Assembly (NCBI GenBank): GCA_051294905.1
Contig: CM119379.1
Coordinates: 20,460,001-20,524,000, forward strand
Direction: 5' to 3'
Length of the DNA stretch: 64,000 nucleotides
Source: Botryllus schlosseri
Taxonomy: Eukaryota
Shown piece by piece: positions 31,201-46,200 of the stretch. A model generated the notes under the pieces. The model saw only the letters and a list, made by a program, of their open reading frames with translations, was not told the origin of the DNA and searched no databases. Within the stretch, counting starts at the first letter, position 1; the number at the start of each line of letters is the position of its first letter. The position numbers and the translations under genes are program-made.

Positions 31201-34200
31201 CCTGTTTATGGGATCGAATGCTTCCGCCAACCTACATAAATCTTTCCGTTTGATCCGTGATTTTCGAATCGGCAAAATGCGCATTGCGTTCGCTTTTCCT
31301 TGCACTTTGCATCGTTCTCTCGTCGTCTGATGTCAGTCTAGAGTTGGCAATTTGATCAGTCCGATGTTGAAATTGCCGCATTGTTATGACTCGCGCAATT
31401 GTTGTTTTTGAACCTATCCATCCGTACTATTTGCAATTCTGAACATACCGAGGCGATCTAGCAGCACAAATCAATGGATATTTAACTCAGTGACGCATCT
31501 GTGTGTATGAAGTCACAACGATGTCGTAATGCAATTGTCAATTTTTAATGGCAGGTTTACAAGTACTTTAAAACGCGATAACCAATTCGATCATTCCAAG
31601 TGATGTAAGAACGCACAATCGCATATCATCTTCAGATCAAATGTGCGTTGGCGAATCCAATATCGCAGAACAGCGGTTGTAGATGAGTCGCTCATTGTAA
31701 ATCCATACCATTTCTCGATGATGCGTTTGTTCAGGAACGCCCGACTTGCGCAAATAATTTGTTTCCATCCCAATGGCCCGAATCGGCAGCATGTTATTCA
31801 GTATGCTCAAGAGCTAAACTGCTTACGTTATCCAAATATATCATTCGAACAGTCTCAATGTGTTAATATATGCCATAGGTCACGGGCATCGATATTACAA
31901 GCTTATATCGTTCGTAGCGTTGGCCAGTCGATGGTGGAAGCTATGTGAATTTCTGGACTTTCTTCAATGATGTTTCCCTCAAATCCCACTGTGTCATCGC
32001 AAACATAATGGCCAGGTACCCGAGAAGTCGCTTCCACCCAGAACTCGATTTTCGTTACAAATCAGACTGATTCATAACTTGCGCTATCTGCCAATTCACC
32101 CCAAGGCTACATACCTCACGCTCGAGCTAGTCAATTTTAGTCAGTAGTAAAGTCGCCTAGCTCATGCTCTTGAATTAGATTTGGAATGTTCGGCATTTTA
32201 TTTGTTCGTTTGGGAGTAATCTCGGTATGACGAGGGTCGTTAGCGTTGACCGTAAACTTCAGCACGAATTCGCCTACAAGGTTAAATCTGTTTTGTTGTG
32301 AGCCTGAGCGGTGCAGTTAGGTTTATATAGAATCTTGAACCGAACTTGGTAGACATTGTCTGCCTAGGCTTGGAATTGGCGTATCACAGCTGATACAATG
32401 CGCGCTTGAATCACTACGTGATGCTATAAAGCTATATAATGCTATATTGTAAGTGATTTTATCGCCTTTGGCTAATAAAACACTGGTCGTAAATGATTCA
32501 AGGCTGACCGTTTCATATTCAGTCAGACACGAACGTTAGCGTCGCGGTATTTTGATATTATCGTGCGTTCAGTCAGCTGTAACTCACGCGCGACGTAATA
32601 ACAAATCTGTGATTTGATTACCCACAAATTCGCGTGGTAACGGGGCGGTTTTAGGCTAGTATCGGAATCGACGAGGCTTTCGAAAGAGACTTGAGTGGTG
32701 TTAACTCGTTTTCCGAGTGTTTTGACGTGTGTCTGGCAGCTATAAACAATGAGCGATCGCGCCGTTGTTGTGTTCACAAAACTACCATTAGTATACGACG
32801 CGATGAAATCGTTACCCAATGTGGTTTTGCTCATCAAGTATCACGTATTTATAATTCAACTACGAAAGATATGTCGTCCCTGAACTCACAGTGACATTCA
32901 CCACAATCACGCTGTGGAAAGATGTCGCGTATTTTATCATTGCCTTTCCATTGGAATTTTCTCAGCCATGGTTAGTTAAATTAGGAGCGTAATGGAGGAT
33001 TGGTGAGACTGGGGAGTCTTGCAAGGATGTTGATTGTTGATTTGTAACTTTTTTCTTACTTTCGATGGGGTTAGCTAGTGTGCGTGTTTAAGATGTGAGC
33101 TTACCTGTGTGCAATCCATTTATCTTGTTCATTTTCAATTGAAATCTTCGATAATGATTGGATAATCGTGCTGCAGCATAATGCACTTTAATTATTATCA
33201 GTTATTATCATTTTTTTTAGTTATGGTCTACGAGTGAATTCTCCTCATACTAAGAATTAAAATTAATTGTTTGATAGAGTTGGTTTCATGAGTTGGTTCA
33301 TCTGTGTGGATTTATCAATACTGGAAGTACTTGTAAAATTCGCCATTGCTTCATGATATCAGTGAGTATATAGATGGGTGGCAAATAAATCCTATTTGCA
33401 ATTCTGTTATTAACTGAGTCTGATTTGGTAAGGTTAATTAAAATTGTTTGTCATTTCTAAATCTTTTCGTGTTTGTGAAGTATCGCTTACTATCAGCGGT
33501 ATTAATTTCATGATATGTTGAGTTACGTTGGTATCTCGAAGGCAAAGCCGTTCTTTGAGTGTCCCAATCTTTGCCACTTCAATGCAGATTGATTCAAGTG
33601 GCTTATTGTGTGTATTTCTCCACGCACAAAAAAACAATGTAAGCTGCCTAGCTTGGAAACATGGCTCATTCCATTGAGCGGATTGTTTTGAAATTTAACG
33701 GACAATGTTCAACAATAAGTAGTTTTGACTTGTTACTGATTGGTACATCTGTTTTTAGTTACCAACATGCCCCTTTACACCTCATTGAGCATTGACCTGA
33801 CTTGGTGCCATACATTAAATATTTGTCATTGCTAAAACATTGAAAGTTGTCTACTATGAAATTTTGGATATGTATGATAGCCACACCCACAGTACTTATA
33901 TTGTCAGTAATGACCGGTATCTATATTCTGAATATATGCTATTTCTGTCCGCATGCATGGACAATGAACCGGACATTGTGCGCTGACAGGTCATTCGGAC
34001 AGCACCCACCCTCCACATGAAACGCACTTGTTCAGACTTGAATTAATTAAATATTATACATTCACTTTGTTAAATTGGCTGCAGCATTCTTGATCAATTG
34101 CAGAATTGAAGTCAAATAGAATAAGCACACTATTTAAGATGTGTACTTATTCTTACTTTAGTAAATATTTACTGTATTTTATTATGAATTTTGTGGGTGC

Positions 34201-37200
34201 GGCTGTATCTTGATCTATTTCCAATCTTTCTATTTGATGGCCATTCTCTAGCTCTGTGAGATATCTAAAAGCCGTGATATGTTAAGTGGCTCTTTGTAAG
34301 GACATTTAGGTGTCAGACTTTCAGTGTTTATTGATATTTGAGAGGAAGAGGTTATCAGGTGAGTTTGACTTGATAAATTCAATATGATATTTAGGTAGAC
34401 TACTGTCATCTGCAACATTGCACTTTCGTGAATGAATGATAACCTATTACACTGCATTGAAATAAATAAATTTTCAGCCACAGCAAACGATCTACCACTT
34501 TCACTCTTCCTGAGAGAACAGAAGAAAACCGAAAAGATCGAAAGAAATCGAAAAATAGAGATGCACGCTTATATCAAAAGTAAGTGTGAACATGACGGCT
34601 GTTTGCCAATATTTTAGCTTGCATTTTAAGAATATCAGATTGGATATTAAACAACTAAGTTTCAATTGTTTTTTTGCGTGTAACTCAAGTGGAACCTACT
34701 TTTCAGTAGGTGTAACATTAGGCACCATCCTGGCATGGAAAGTCGAGCTTATACCTGACTAAGCCTGTTAACTAAATAAACTTTCCACATCGTCCACAGC
34801 ATGCTCCTAAACCTGGTAATAGTCTTGTTGTTCCCTGATCACACCAATACGATTTAGTGCCATTTGTTCCTATGAATTTTTTCACACTATTCGGCCCAGA
34901 TTTCCATGTCATGTTACTTGAACTATTGTGCTTCAGTTGTTATGAAAATTTCACACCTGATCTCGTATTACATTTTGAAATTCCAATATGAACATCACTA
35001 TGTATCGGTACATCTCCCTTGGTGCTCATTGACAAATGGAGTGAATCCAGTGTTGGGATCAATTCACAAGTCATATCGAGCCATTTCATATTTTGACTCG
35101 AGTCAAGTCAAGTCACTCGAATTTTGGTGGCTAGTCAAGTCACTGCATTTTGCAAAATGGTTGAAGTACTGATTGTGCCACTATTTATTTTGTAAAAAGT
35201 AGCGAATATTGAGTAGATTATGCCTAAAATGGGGCTTTGTTTGGTTCAAATATATGTTGAATTGCTAAACTACATCGGTTACTGTCAGCGAAATAGATGA
35301 TAGTATATAAAACCTCAGAAAGTTAGAACAAATTGATATGATGCAATACACATTCCACATACACATCCATTACTTGATGACTTGAGATTGACTCAAACAT
35401 TTTCCGTCGAGTCACGAGTCAATCCACATTTTTGAAATGCCGAGTCAAGTCAAGCCATTTTTGCAAAGCGACTCGAGTCGAGTGATCTGAAAAATTGACT
35501 CGTGTCGTCTCAACACAGAGTGAATCTGACTTGAAATCTTACCACTACTAGTTTGTCTGGGGCTCTTCACTACTAGGGTTATTATCTTGTGGGTTGTCTG
35601 TTGCTGAAAGACTTGTTCTTTGATTTAGCGTCGAGGTTCTTCATGACAGTAGCGATGATGAAAAAAGGTTTGTTTCTCACCATGACACCGATAATTTGCT
35701 CGTCAAATTGACCCTCAATTGACCAATCACTTTTCGATAATTACCATGAGTAACGTGTGGCACATGCACTCGATGTAAGATCTCGCTGGCTTGGTGCAAT
35801 AATTTTTTGTGCATGGCTTTGTGGATTTATTTAGATGTAATTCATTCTGGTGTTTACTATACTTACGGTTGCTTTTCTTGATCCAGCATAGACAACGATA
35901 CTTTGAAACAAGAAAAGAAGAAACGCAGAAACTCGTCGTTTTTGGAGAGATCTGGCATCAATATCTTCAGAAGAAGCAGTGTAAGTCGCTACTGTGATCT
36001 TTCATTTGAAGTGGAATTTTTTAATCGGAATGAATACGTTCATTTTCAAGTCGTTTCCTATATTGGTACTTGGCGTCAGATTTTTATATTCTAAATTTTG
36101 AACCGATTTTCAGATATGCTAATATGTGGTAATGCCTTGCTCCCAATCTTTTTCTCACATCGAGATTATTGCTCTCCTGGTCATGATATACTCATCTGTT
36201 ATCATGACCGTGTGCTATAAAAAATCTTTGATCTTGGCATAATGAGTCAAAGAGTATTTATTGTGTCACTTTGTCTTTCGGATATACTTCTGGTCCATAG
36301 CAGGCTCAACTGAGATGGTTTTAACACTCTTCAGTGGAGGTCACTATATAGTTATTCTTATTTTGCTGCATGAATCATTTCACATGGTTTATCTGAATTA
36401 TATTTACAGTCATGTCTTCGAGGTCAAGCCAGACATAGCTGATAAAAAAATTCAGTCCTTTATATTTATAATGTTATTTTTTATCAAATCAGAGCAAATC
36501 AAGGGATGACCCAGAAGATATAAGAACTGTAAGTATACATTTGCTATATACTGACGTACTGTTTCACTTTCATCAACGCAAAAAGTGATCAATCTGAATT
36601 TCGAATCAGCCAACTGCAACTTACCTTGACAGCAAGCAAATAAATTTCAAATCTTTTCTGAATTAATCGATTCTTTTACGAGACAGCATCTATTCCTGCA
36701 GACTCCTTCCTCCAGATTCCAGTGTGTTTGCAGTGATTATTATCTTTACATATCAGATAATACTATCGATTGTGGATTACAGTTTCGTCTGTGATGAGCG
36801 AATGTCCCAAATATGTTTTGTTTACAGAGACCCGCGCGAAAAATGAAGGAAAAACGAGGAAGGCCAGAGGTATGGTAGCAAGAATTTTGTTTGATTTCTG
36901 TCGCACTGTGTTCTTAAGAAATTACCGGCGAAGAATGCTGTTGAATATTTGTTCTAAGAAAAAGACGCGACCTACTTCGGCTACAAGCGTCCGTTCAAAC
37001 ACGAGCTCGATGAGTTTTCGATCGAAGATGACAGTGACGTGGCGGGATCCAAATAAGGAGATCGTAAAATCGGGATGGCTGTACAAGCAAGTGAGATATC
37101 TGTATGCTGAGTCGAATAATTTAATCCTCATTGTGGACGAGATTGAATTCTTTGATAGGCTATCGAAGGGCGTGTCAAGTATATTGGGCTGGGTTGACCA

Positions 37201-40200
37201 TTCATTGCAGTATTTCAGCCGCATAATTTATATACAAAACCGATGGTTTGGATTGAGACTCAAATTTTGTCATTTCAAGTCTAGTCACGAGTCAAGTTAT
37301 GCAAATTTTGAAAGTGTCTCCCGTCAAGTAAGTTCATCTCAAATTTTCAGATTTCGTGTCAATTTCTGGCCATCAAAATTTCGGTTTGTGAATTTTCATT
37401 TGAATTTATTGAGGCGTATGGGCAGCTGCTTGTAGGCTGAACCATTCCTGGCTAGTCAAACTTTGTGTTATGCCGTTTCTAAATTACTAAAATGATATGA
37501 GTCACTGTGCTTATTTTTGTAAATTCATGAGAATGCTGCCCACAGAATGTCCTCCATTTGAAATAGCATGGGAGTATAATTTAACCTGAGCTGTGTTTAT
37601 TATCTGAAAGGCTGCTTGAAGGTTATATAGACGGCGTTGACCTCATACGACGATATTTGTGTAGCGGAAAAATAATGTTTGTGCCTGTAGAAGTTTGTTA
37701 CAAAATTTCGTCGGAGATCCAAAAAAATAGATCAATTTAGTTCTTATACATCTGGCTGCATATATTTACGCATTGTAGTTATCCAAATGGTATTATACAG
37801 TCAGTCAATGCCATTATGAGTGCTGTTTTGTCTGCTATAGAACAAATACTATGATACCCCGCTGTAATAAACACTCATGTTTTCAAACAGGATAGCACAG
37901 GAACAGTGAAAAGATGGAGGAAGAAATGGTTCGTCCTAGCTGACTTCTGTCTTTACTATTACAAAGGTTTGTTAATTCATGGTAGATTGGCCTGCATTGT
38001 CATTTGTCGACGTCTCGTTGCAGATTCCAAGGAAGAAGGAATATCGGGAAGCATCATCCTTCCCAGCTACACTGTGAGCACGTTAACTGCCGAAGAAAAA
38101 ATTCACAGGAAATACGCATTCAAGGTACTAAGACTTTGAACGACGTACTATTGACCTAGCCTGTTAGTAATACGGCTGGGTAAAATTTCAGTGGTTCAAT
38201 TCCAGTTGAGTATTAATCGTCGAGACGTGTATTCGAGAACCACCTGCTGTGGCGTCATGACCGTAATAATGACTTGAAAGGTTCAAGTATGGATCTCTTT
38301 GCTAACCACAAGGAAAATGATGCCAGCATTTCCGAAAAATGACTATTTCGTATCACTATGTGGCCATTGTGAGGCTCGGTCGTCACTCAAGAGAAATGTT
38401 GTTTCATGAATATAAGAAGCCTTGTGCATTATGTTTTTCGATGCTAAACTACGGCTAGCCAAGACTTCGAGGCTCCAACGGTAGAAATGCAGCATTGAAA
38501 CTATATTTGTATCGATAAAATGTTACTTTTGATGTGAAGATATATGTATTGGCTAGTCGACTCACAACTCTGTCATGTATCTTATCTTGTTGCTCAAGTG
38601 TTCAGTTCTTTTTGTATTGTATTTCTCATTACTCTGTAGCAGCTTCCAACGGGATACGGATGTAATATGGTGGAGGCCTCTAGTGGGCGGTAGTAAGTTT
38701 CTCGTGTTTTGTTGCACGGCTGGCAGTCATCCGAGTTTCCGTCATAATGTTTGGAATTGGATATGTTAAATTTTACTTCATCATGCTATCACAGAAGTTG
38801 CCTGCCTGCCTGGTTTGGTATATTTTTCGAAACGTCGCACGCATTCAATGAAACTTGCTTTACAGGATATTATCTTGTCCGGGAGATTTTCAGACGCTGT
38901 AATTATATGTGATTAGGTATTATAATTTTGTGATTAGGGTTTGGTCATTTTCACTGACGAGAGTTATTGAGTACGGTGTGCTCGTCTTGCTGGTCTGTGG
39001 CTCTCGAAACCACAAGATTAACACGTATCGGACGATATTATGACGGGTATAGAAATTTCAATAGCCTCAAACACCCCACACACTTTTACAGTTAATTGGA
39101 GGTGGCTAGTTTCGCAATTGTAAGATGTGCCTTGGCTTGGCGACTATCGCAAAACGACTAATTACACCACAATTATTGGTAGCATCTTCGAAAATACATT
39201 CAGTTACCATAATACAGTGACTATTTCCCGCTATTCTCATAAAAATTTCACTCATAGAAGTGACGCAAAACCAATTTTTTCTTTTGAAATCCCAAAATGT
39301 AAAAAGTGAGTATAGTTTTCGTGAAAGCTGTTCAAGTAGAAGTAGAGGCAGTAACGTGCCCACTTGAGCAAGGAGTGCATGTGTGCAAAACGTACTTGAG
39401 CACCCCAACAAATACTTCATTACTGACCACGGCTGAGTATAGCCACGCATAGTGCGATCGCCAGCCGTCAGGCTGACAATTTAATTCAAGTAGCTAGCTT
39501 TTTCGCTGAAGTATCGTTAACGCGTGCGCCCACTCGTTACGGCGCACGCCACAAATCCGTTGCTAACAATCTAGATGTAAACGATCGACGCATTGCCGTA
39601 CTTGACCTACGATCTCGCCGTCGTCACAAATTGATTAGCTATGATATATCGCCTCGTCCTTGATTGCGAGATACGCCTGTTACGTTGCATGTTGGCTTTG
39701 AGTTTATTTGCGTTTGAATGGATTGCACTCGTACACGTTTCAGTTGCTCCAACCGTCATCATTGCCTGGTTCCACGTTTGCTGGCGATAACTTGGCAGCT
39801 ACATTTTACCACGTTCTCGCTTTCATATTATGTACTGCCGGTTGTTATTGATATTATTTCACAATCCAGAAAGTCCGTAATCTCGTACACCGTAAAGTGG
39901 AAATGCATGGGTGAAAAATAGGTGTATTCCCAGAATTCCACCATACCGTAGGACGCAAATCAGGCCGTCGGCAATTTCTGGTACAAAATATTGATTCCAC
40001 ACACTTTCCAATGGGTGAAAATACTTACACCAATACTTGTGAGATATATCCCAGGGGTGTGTACCATCTATTTACTCCCTTCTGGGGGTGGTACACGAAT
40101 GCGGAATCCACTCGGCCCCTGGTATATATCTCCATAAGAATTGGTGTGTTTGACTCGTATCACCCATTAGAATGGACGTGAGAGCAAATTTTGCGCTGGA

Positions 40201-43200
40201 AAGTACTTTACCTGACTTGCACACTATACTCTGCAGTGGAAATTGGCGAAATACACGATTTTTGTCGACATTGTGGTCTCGAAAGTTGTTAATGAAAAGA
40301 TCTCACTGGTACTGAAAAATTGTCTGCTAATGCGAGTTTCGGTGATATTCTGGTCACGAGACGATTGAAAAGTGAATTTTGTGATACCTTTGACCTATCC
40401 AAAACACATTTACCTGTGTTTATGCCCTTTGGGGTTGTGTCATGGTGTGAATATATTTCATTACTATTACGCAAGTAATTGCGGTCGGCTTGATGTTTAA
40501 ATATCGGTAGATTAGATAGGATTACTGTCCTTGATCGAGTCACTCCGTTTGCCGAAGATGTCCAACCCAGCGCGGTCGCTTGTTAACGCCATAACTCGCC
40601 CATAACCTGTCGTCGCGCTATAGGTGGAGCACGAGGGCATGAGGACGTATTACCTGAGCGCCGACTCCTACAAAGATATGGCCTCGTGGGTCACTGCCTT
40701 GCAAAAATCATGCCATCCGTCGCCGCCGACCGTGGACAAGTCTGGAGTCCCGAAAAAGGAAGACAGCTCGACTGGATCCAAGAAAGCCGAGGAAGAAGCC
40801 GACTCAGAACTTAGGTATGAATTAGTCAAAGCGTTAGAGGCTTTCGAATAGATTCAACTGAATAATGCCGTCTGAATGCGACTTATGTGTACCTTCGATT
40901 TAAAGATAGGACGTTTTGACGAAATCCCGCTCTTTATGGGATTTGCGGTTTTCTTAGCTAATGATAGCCGTTTATATGCCTTGTTGAGTGGAGTTAAGTA
41001 AGGATGGCGTGATATTTCGTAAAAGGTTCGCTGTGAAGATTAGGTATGTCATAACGACGGAAATTCAAGCATCCGTAATCACGATTTTCGTTACTGTCAG
41101 TGTGACAGTGTCCCTGTCTGTATAAGACAGCGTCTCTTTTTACTAACCCGGAGAACCCTTTACATTACACATCTAGTATTCTAAAATACTGGAGCACGTA
41201 ATGAGCTGTTGATAAAAGAACAAAACCGTTAAAACACGATTTTAAAGCAAAGCAAACAGATTATAATGTATTTAAATATATAATGCATTGAATCCTATGA
41301 TTCGAGATTCAAATTCATACCGAATTCGGTCATAATCTCTGTTCATTGGCGATATATTCCACGACTGAGTCCTTATTTTCTAGTGCCGATTATGACTGGC
41401 AACGGCAGTTCGCGTTTTCGCACTGTTGCGTTCTTATTATTCATTTATTTGCGCCTGTTGTGGTGTAAGATTGTTCCGGTTCGCGATGCAAAACGCGCGT
41501 GTTGTACCCCCGCGCCGTATCGTGACTGATCCGTCTGTTTCGTAAACATAGATTTTTCACGCTTTTACGACGTTAGGCATCCAGGACCTTTCTCGTGTAC
41601 GCCTTTCGTCGGTGAACCTGAACATTGTCTTTCGTCGCCAGATTTTACGAGGGCTTTGTGAGTCATCTTTTCGACTCGGGCGCATTCGCGATTCTTAAAT
41701 GCCAGGAAATTCGCGATGCCTGTGCGTACCGCGGCGGTTGTACAGAACGTCCGGCCGTGAATATAGGAAGCCTTCAGTAACGGAGTATTGTCGTGAAAGA
41801 TGTCCATTGAAAGTTTGATTGCTTTCTTGGCGGGAAAATTAGGGATGAACTTCCTTTACTCTTTGCCAATGGTTCTTAAACCATTTGTAAGGCACTAAGC
41901 CCCACACCACATTCACTATACCTGTACTCATCGAACCCTTCGCAGTTGGAAAAACGAATGTACTTCTTTCGGTAAATGGATGAAATCGGTCTGAATGTAA
42001 GATACCCGAGCGTCACGTGTCGCTTTTAAATTGTCGAGGAAAGAACTGGAATAGGAACGGTGAAGGGCTTATATATTCCTTTGAGGAGCATGAATTATTT
42101 GGAAGAAATTGGATTTCAGCATTGAAATTCGTGAAATATGAAGTTTGAACGCGCCCGTCGCACGAATTCGAGTCTGCACAGGATATGGAATGGTACATTA
42201 TACGAAAGAATAGACTAATAGACGAATAATTGATTTGGTTTTCGGCTTTCACTGCAATTTCGATAATAAAATATTTCATCCAAATTCTGTTCCATTGTCA
42301 GGTTTACGCGACGTGAATGCGTTATGCTTTATGACAGGGGAGAGTGTTGTGTTTGTATTTTGTATGGATACGGTGAAGCGAGTCGGCCTTTTGATCAGCG
42401 TGGAGAATCGCACGCTTATGTTGATAGCCGAATGATAACATTTTGCACTTGTTCTTTGATCAAAATCGTGCATACCTGGTCACTAAGCATGCCGCCGGCA
42501 GGCAAACTATCTGCGATAATTCGCCATGATGCAAGCCCTTAATTTAGCCTGAACTGCTGCCGCGGCGTTGAACTAGGTCGTAATCGTGTCTGCCCCTTAA
42601 TAAAAACAAAGGATGATTTATCATGAACCCCCGACTGACGTTTGCACGCGCGAGTGATAATCCCACACAAATAGGCCGGGTTGTTGCTTCGATATGCAAG
42701 GCAACTTTGCATTCCACGCCGTAAGAAGCTTGCTAGGATTTTGAGTGCCGAACTACTACGCTCAGATACGTGTGTCTCAACCCGGGCAGCTCAGGCGGAA
42801 AAGTCGTTCGTGGATGACATCGTATCATAGTGATGTCACAATATATTCTGCTGATGTTATGTTACAACTCACGATGTATTTTGGATGCTGCGTGCTTGTC
42901 CGGGCTATACTCGTTGCATTCTGATTTTTGTCTTGCGTTAGCTGTTGGTTGTATTCAAACGAAAAACATTGACCTCGATTGTTATCTGCAGAATGACCTG
43001 TGTTCAAAATATTCAACCCTTTGTCATTATCACGGAATGTATCGGATCGCGTTGTTCATTGTTCGCCGGCGGAAGTTGGGTGAATCCAAATTTACGGGGT
43101 TACGTCACCGATTTAGGATTAGCTGAGCGGAAGAGATATTTCTGCACTCGGCTTCAACCGCTAGTGCTATGTTTCCGTTTACGATTTCATGCCTTGCGCG

Positions 43201-46200
43201 ACTTGGAAGTTCACAGTTCAGTGAAATTGACCGAACCTGTACGCAAACTAATAAACGAAAAGGAATCAACAGTCACATTGGTTATGTTACTTCTATGATG
43301 CGTGACTCTATTTTATACTTGTCAGTGATATTGAGGACTTAATACCTACATATGTTTTTCTGCATTCGCGTTGATATAGATACTGCGTCGAAAAGCAATG
43401 CAACAAGTAGTATTTGTATTGACAGGGCAGGATGTGCACATTGTGAACTAGCATAAATGTAGCTCACATTATCAAGTTAATGCCTGTGGCTCTTGATCTG
43501 ACTCCTGGCGTAATTTTTCCATAAAAGATTGAAGAAATTGTATGTATTGGCATCTGAATTACCCTACCCACAAAAACGCCGGTACCTTATCCGGTAACCC
43601 GATAGGCACGCACGAACCAAATCCGAGGTTACTGCAGCAAAAAGTGCCGTTGTTCAGTCACACCCGAGGTATTTTTACATACTATAATCTTCCTTATCGT
43701 CGGTCCCAAGTTTCAGTTACTGATTGATAAGATGAGTGCTGTGCTTTAGCGAGTGACCCACATTTATGTAATTTGCCCACGTTCAAACGTTATTTAACGT
43801 TTAACGATATTTCAACGTATTATAGTAGTAAGGAGTAGTCACTGTGGACTGGGGACTCCTTCAAGGTCTGTCAGATGGAACTTATCATTAAGTCACGCGC
43901 TCTCGGATATAAATGATATGATTTTGCGGTTCATGTCATATTGTCAACACGCATCCACTTTCAATAGTCTTGCCTTAGTCAAGCTAATCTCCCGTAAAGA
44001 CGGAATGTCATGATTATCGCTTCTGGTCGTATAATTTCCACCTGAGATTACCCATTCACGCGCATTTCCGCCTCGTGAAGGCACCTGCAATATCTGTTTT
44101 ACGACTGCTGGGTAGTGGGTATACGTTAGGTGAAGGTTTACATGTTTTTAGTAGCGTACCGAAGCTGGTAATAATAATCTTTCGGATTGTGACGTACGCA
44201 AACGCAGTTCAGCAAGGGTGTTGCTGCGATGAAAGATGAACTCGTGTTGTCTCTAGTTATCAGTTCCGGGATGAATGCTCCGTAAATCACAGCGCGGCGT
44301 GTGGCATATTGCGGAACATAAACATGAGATTGGAAAGTGCTTTCTGCTTTTGGCCTACTGTATAATGAGGAAAAAGACGGATCTTTAATTTGAGGGATTG
44401 TGGAAATTCGTTTTTGCTCGATTAGGCACACACTGATTAGCGTTTGCTCTAAAGTCAAATATCAAGTCACCAAAATTATGAATACATACAACAGGAGTAG
44501 CGAACTTGAACGCATTTTATGTCGAGTATAGTACCAACGTGTGTTCTATACGTTCCTAATAACTAGGGCCATTTTTATATGACCTTAAAAAATCAATTAT
44601 ATGACTTTATTTTATGGAAAATATGACTTTATATGACTTTATGTGAAAATAGTGTATTTTTACATGTAACCAACGTCACTCATGGAACTGACGAGTAAAA
44701 CATACACAACATGTTGTGTGTGAAACATGTGTGAAATCATAATGCAATGTGTGACCTCATAGGTCTGTGACTGTAATGTGATGTAGGCTAACTTTACAGC
44801 TTGCCTTCGTTCAATCAGAAATTGCCCTACTTTCTTACTGCTTCACCGCCTAAATTGGCACTTTTTATTCAAAGTATACAACAATATGACTTTATAACTC
44901 AAATATGACCTAACCAGGAAAATATGACTTTATAACTTTCTTAATATACCCCATAGGGACGTGGTTTTCGCGTTAAAATTGATTTCACGACTTACTGGTG
45001 CATAGAAAAAAATATGACTTTAATGACTTTAAATGGCCCTACTAATAACTAATGATTTGGTGAAGGATTTTTGCGTGAGCTTTCTGGAAAATACACGTAT
45101 TGAACGTGAGTTTATTGGGTTTCACACCTGTTTAGAAAGTTTCGTGGAATCCAATGAAGCCGTAACGAGGAATTACGTCACTGCAAGGTGCACTAGCATG
45201 TTGAAATAATAAATGCTATATTTATTCATAAGGATTACGCAGCCGATTCTTGATGTAAATCAGTTGCTGACAGTCTGGTACAGTATACTCAATACTCGAA
45301 GTATTACTCATTCACCACTCTGCTTATCCGAATGCTTGTATTTTGGCGCCCGATTTGCGGTATCACCCGATCAAATAATAACAAAGGCCTAATCCGTGAC
45401 GGATAAAACGGCTCATGAAGTTGGAGTCTTTTCGTAGCAACTTGACCTTAAAGTCTCAGACCATTGTCTATCGCCTGACTTGAAAGTTCTGAAATGTGAT
45501 AGTGTCTCGAATAAAAAGAATCGGATATGGATCTCAGTCCTTCCATATCGGCGCCCGTGTCATCCTAGCCTGACTTCCACACTTTCTATCCATCCGCGCC
45601 TACTAATGTACTGTTTATCGTAATCACAGTGATGATGTAGAATACAAAATTAGGTCATCGGTTCCGTTATCAATTTGTACACGTCGAACACTCTCCTCCA
45701 CCAGATTCCAGACAGAAATAGTAGCTTTATCTTTTTCATAGATGTTTGAATTTAATACAATTCGACACTGAATCTCGATCATTTAGATTTTGTCACGTAA
45801 CCACCGGCTACTTTTGTCCAAATCCTAAATTCGAAGAGCTTCTTTATGGCACAGAACTTCATATATAATTGAATTGTGTATTCATATTGAAAGGAGTCCG
45901 AATATCTTCGGCTGCTACTCGCCGAGGGGGTAATAGCCATTTCAATCTGAATGCTGGTGACGTCGTATCTGTGATACGATTGTGGATGAACAATGTTCTT
46001 TCTAATTTTTTGTTTATTTATTGTAGTTGTGCTCACCGTAAATCCAAATTTTTCGACGGCATTAACTCCGCTTCCACTGGTTGGAATTGAACCAAATTTG
46101 GTGAGCATCGTTTCTATAGACATCCTAACACTTTCATGGGGTGGACAGAAAATTTTCTAAATTTTTATCATTTATTTTTATATAATAAATATAAACTTTC

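Noticed and set aside
31900-32100. Protein-like minus-strand stretch (FWVEATSRVPGHYVCDD) with an Ig-like GxYxC
   Set aside because: Bounded by stops, with no usable splice sites or other Ig motifs.
36702-36721. 20-nt candidate micro-exon in PLEKHA
   Set aside because: Inclusion shifts the frame and creates a stop in the next exon.
41116-41175. Partial resemblance to the Tn5/Nextera mosaic end (tgtataagacag; tacacatct)
   Set aside because: Incomplete, split matches that are compatible with chance; not called as adapter contamination.
45869-46090. ORF with a C1q-like snippet (FNLNAGDVVSV)
   Set aside because: A single short motif, a TTG start, and it runs into a transposon arm.
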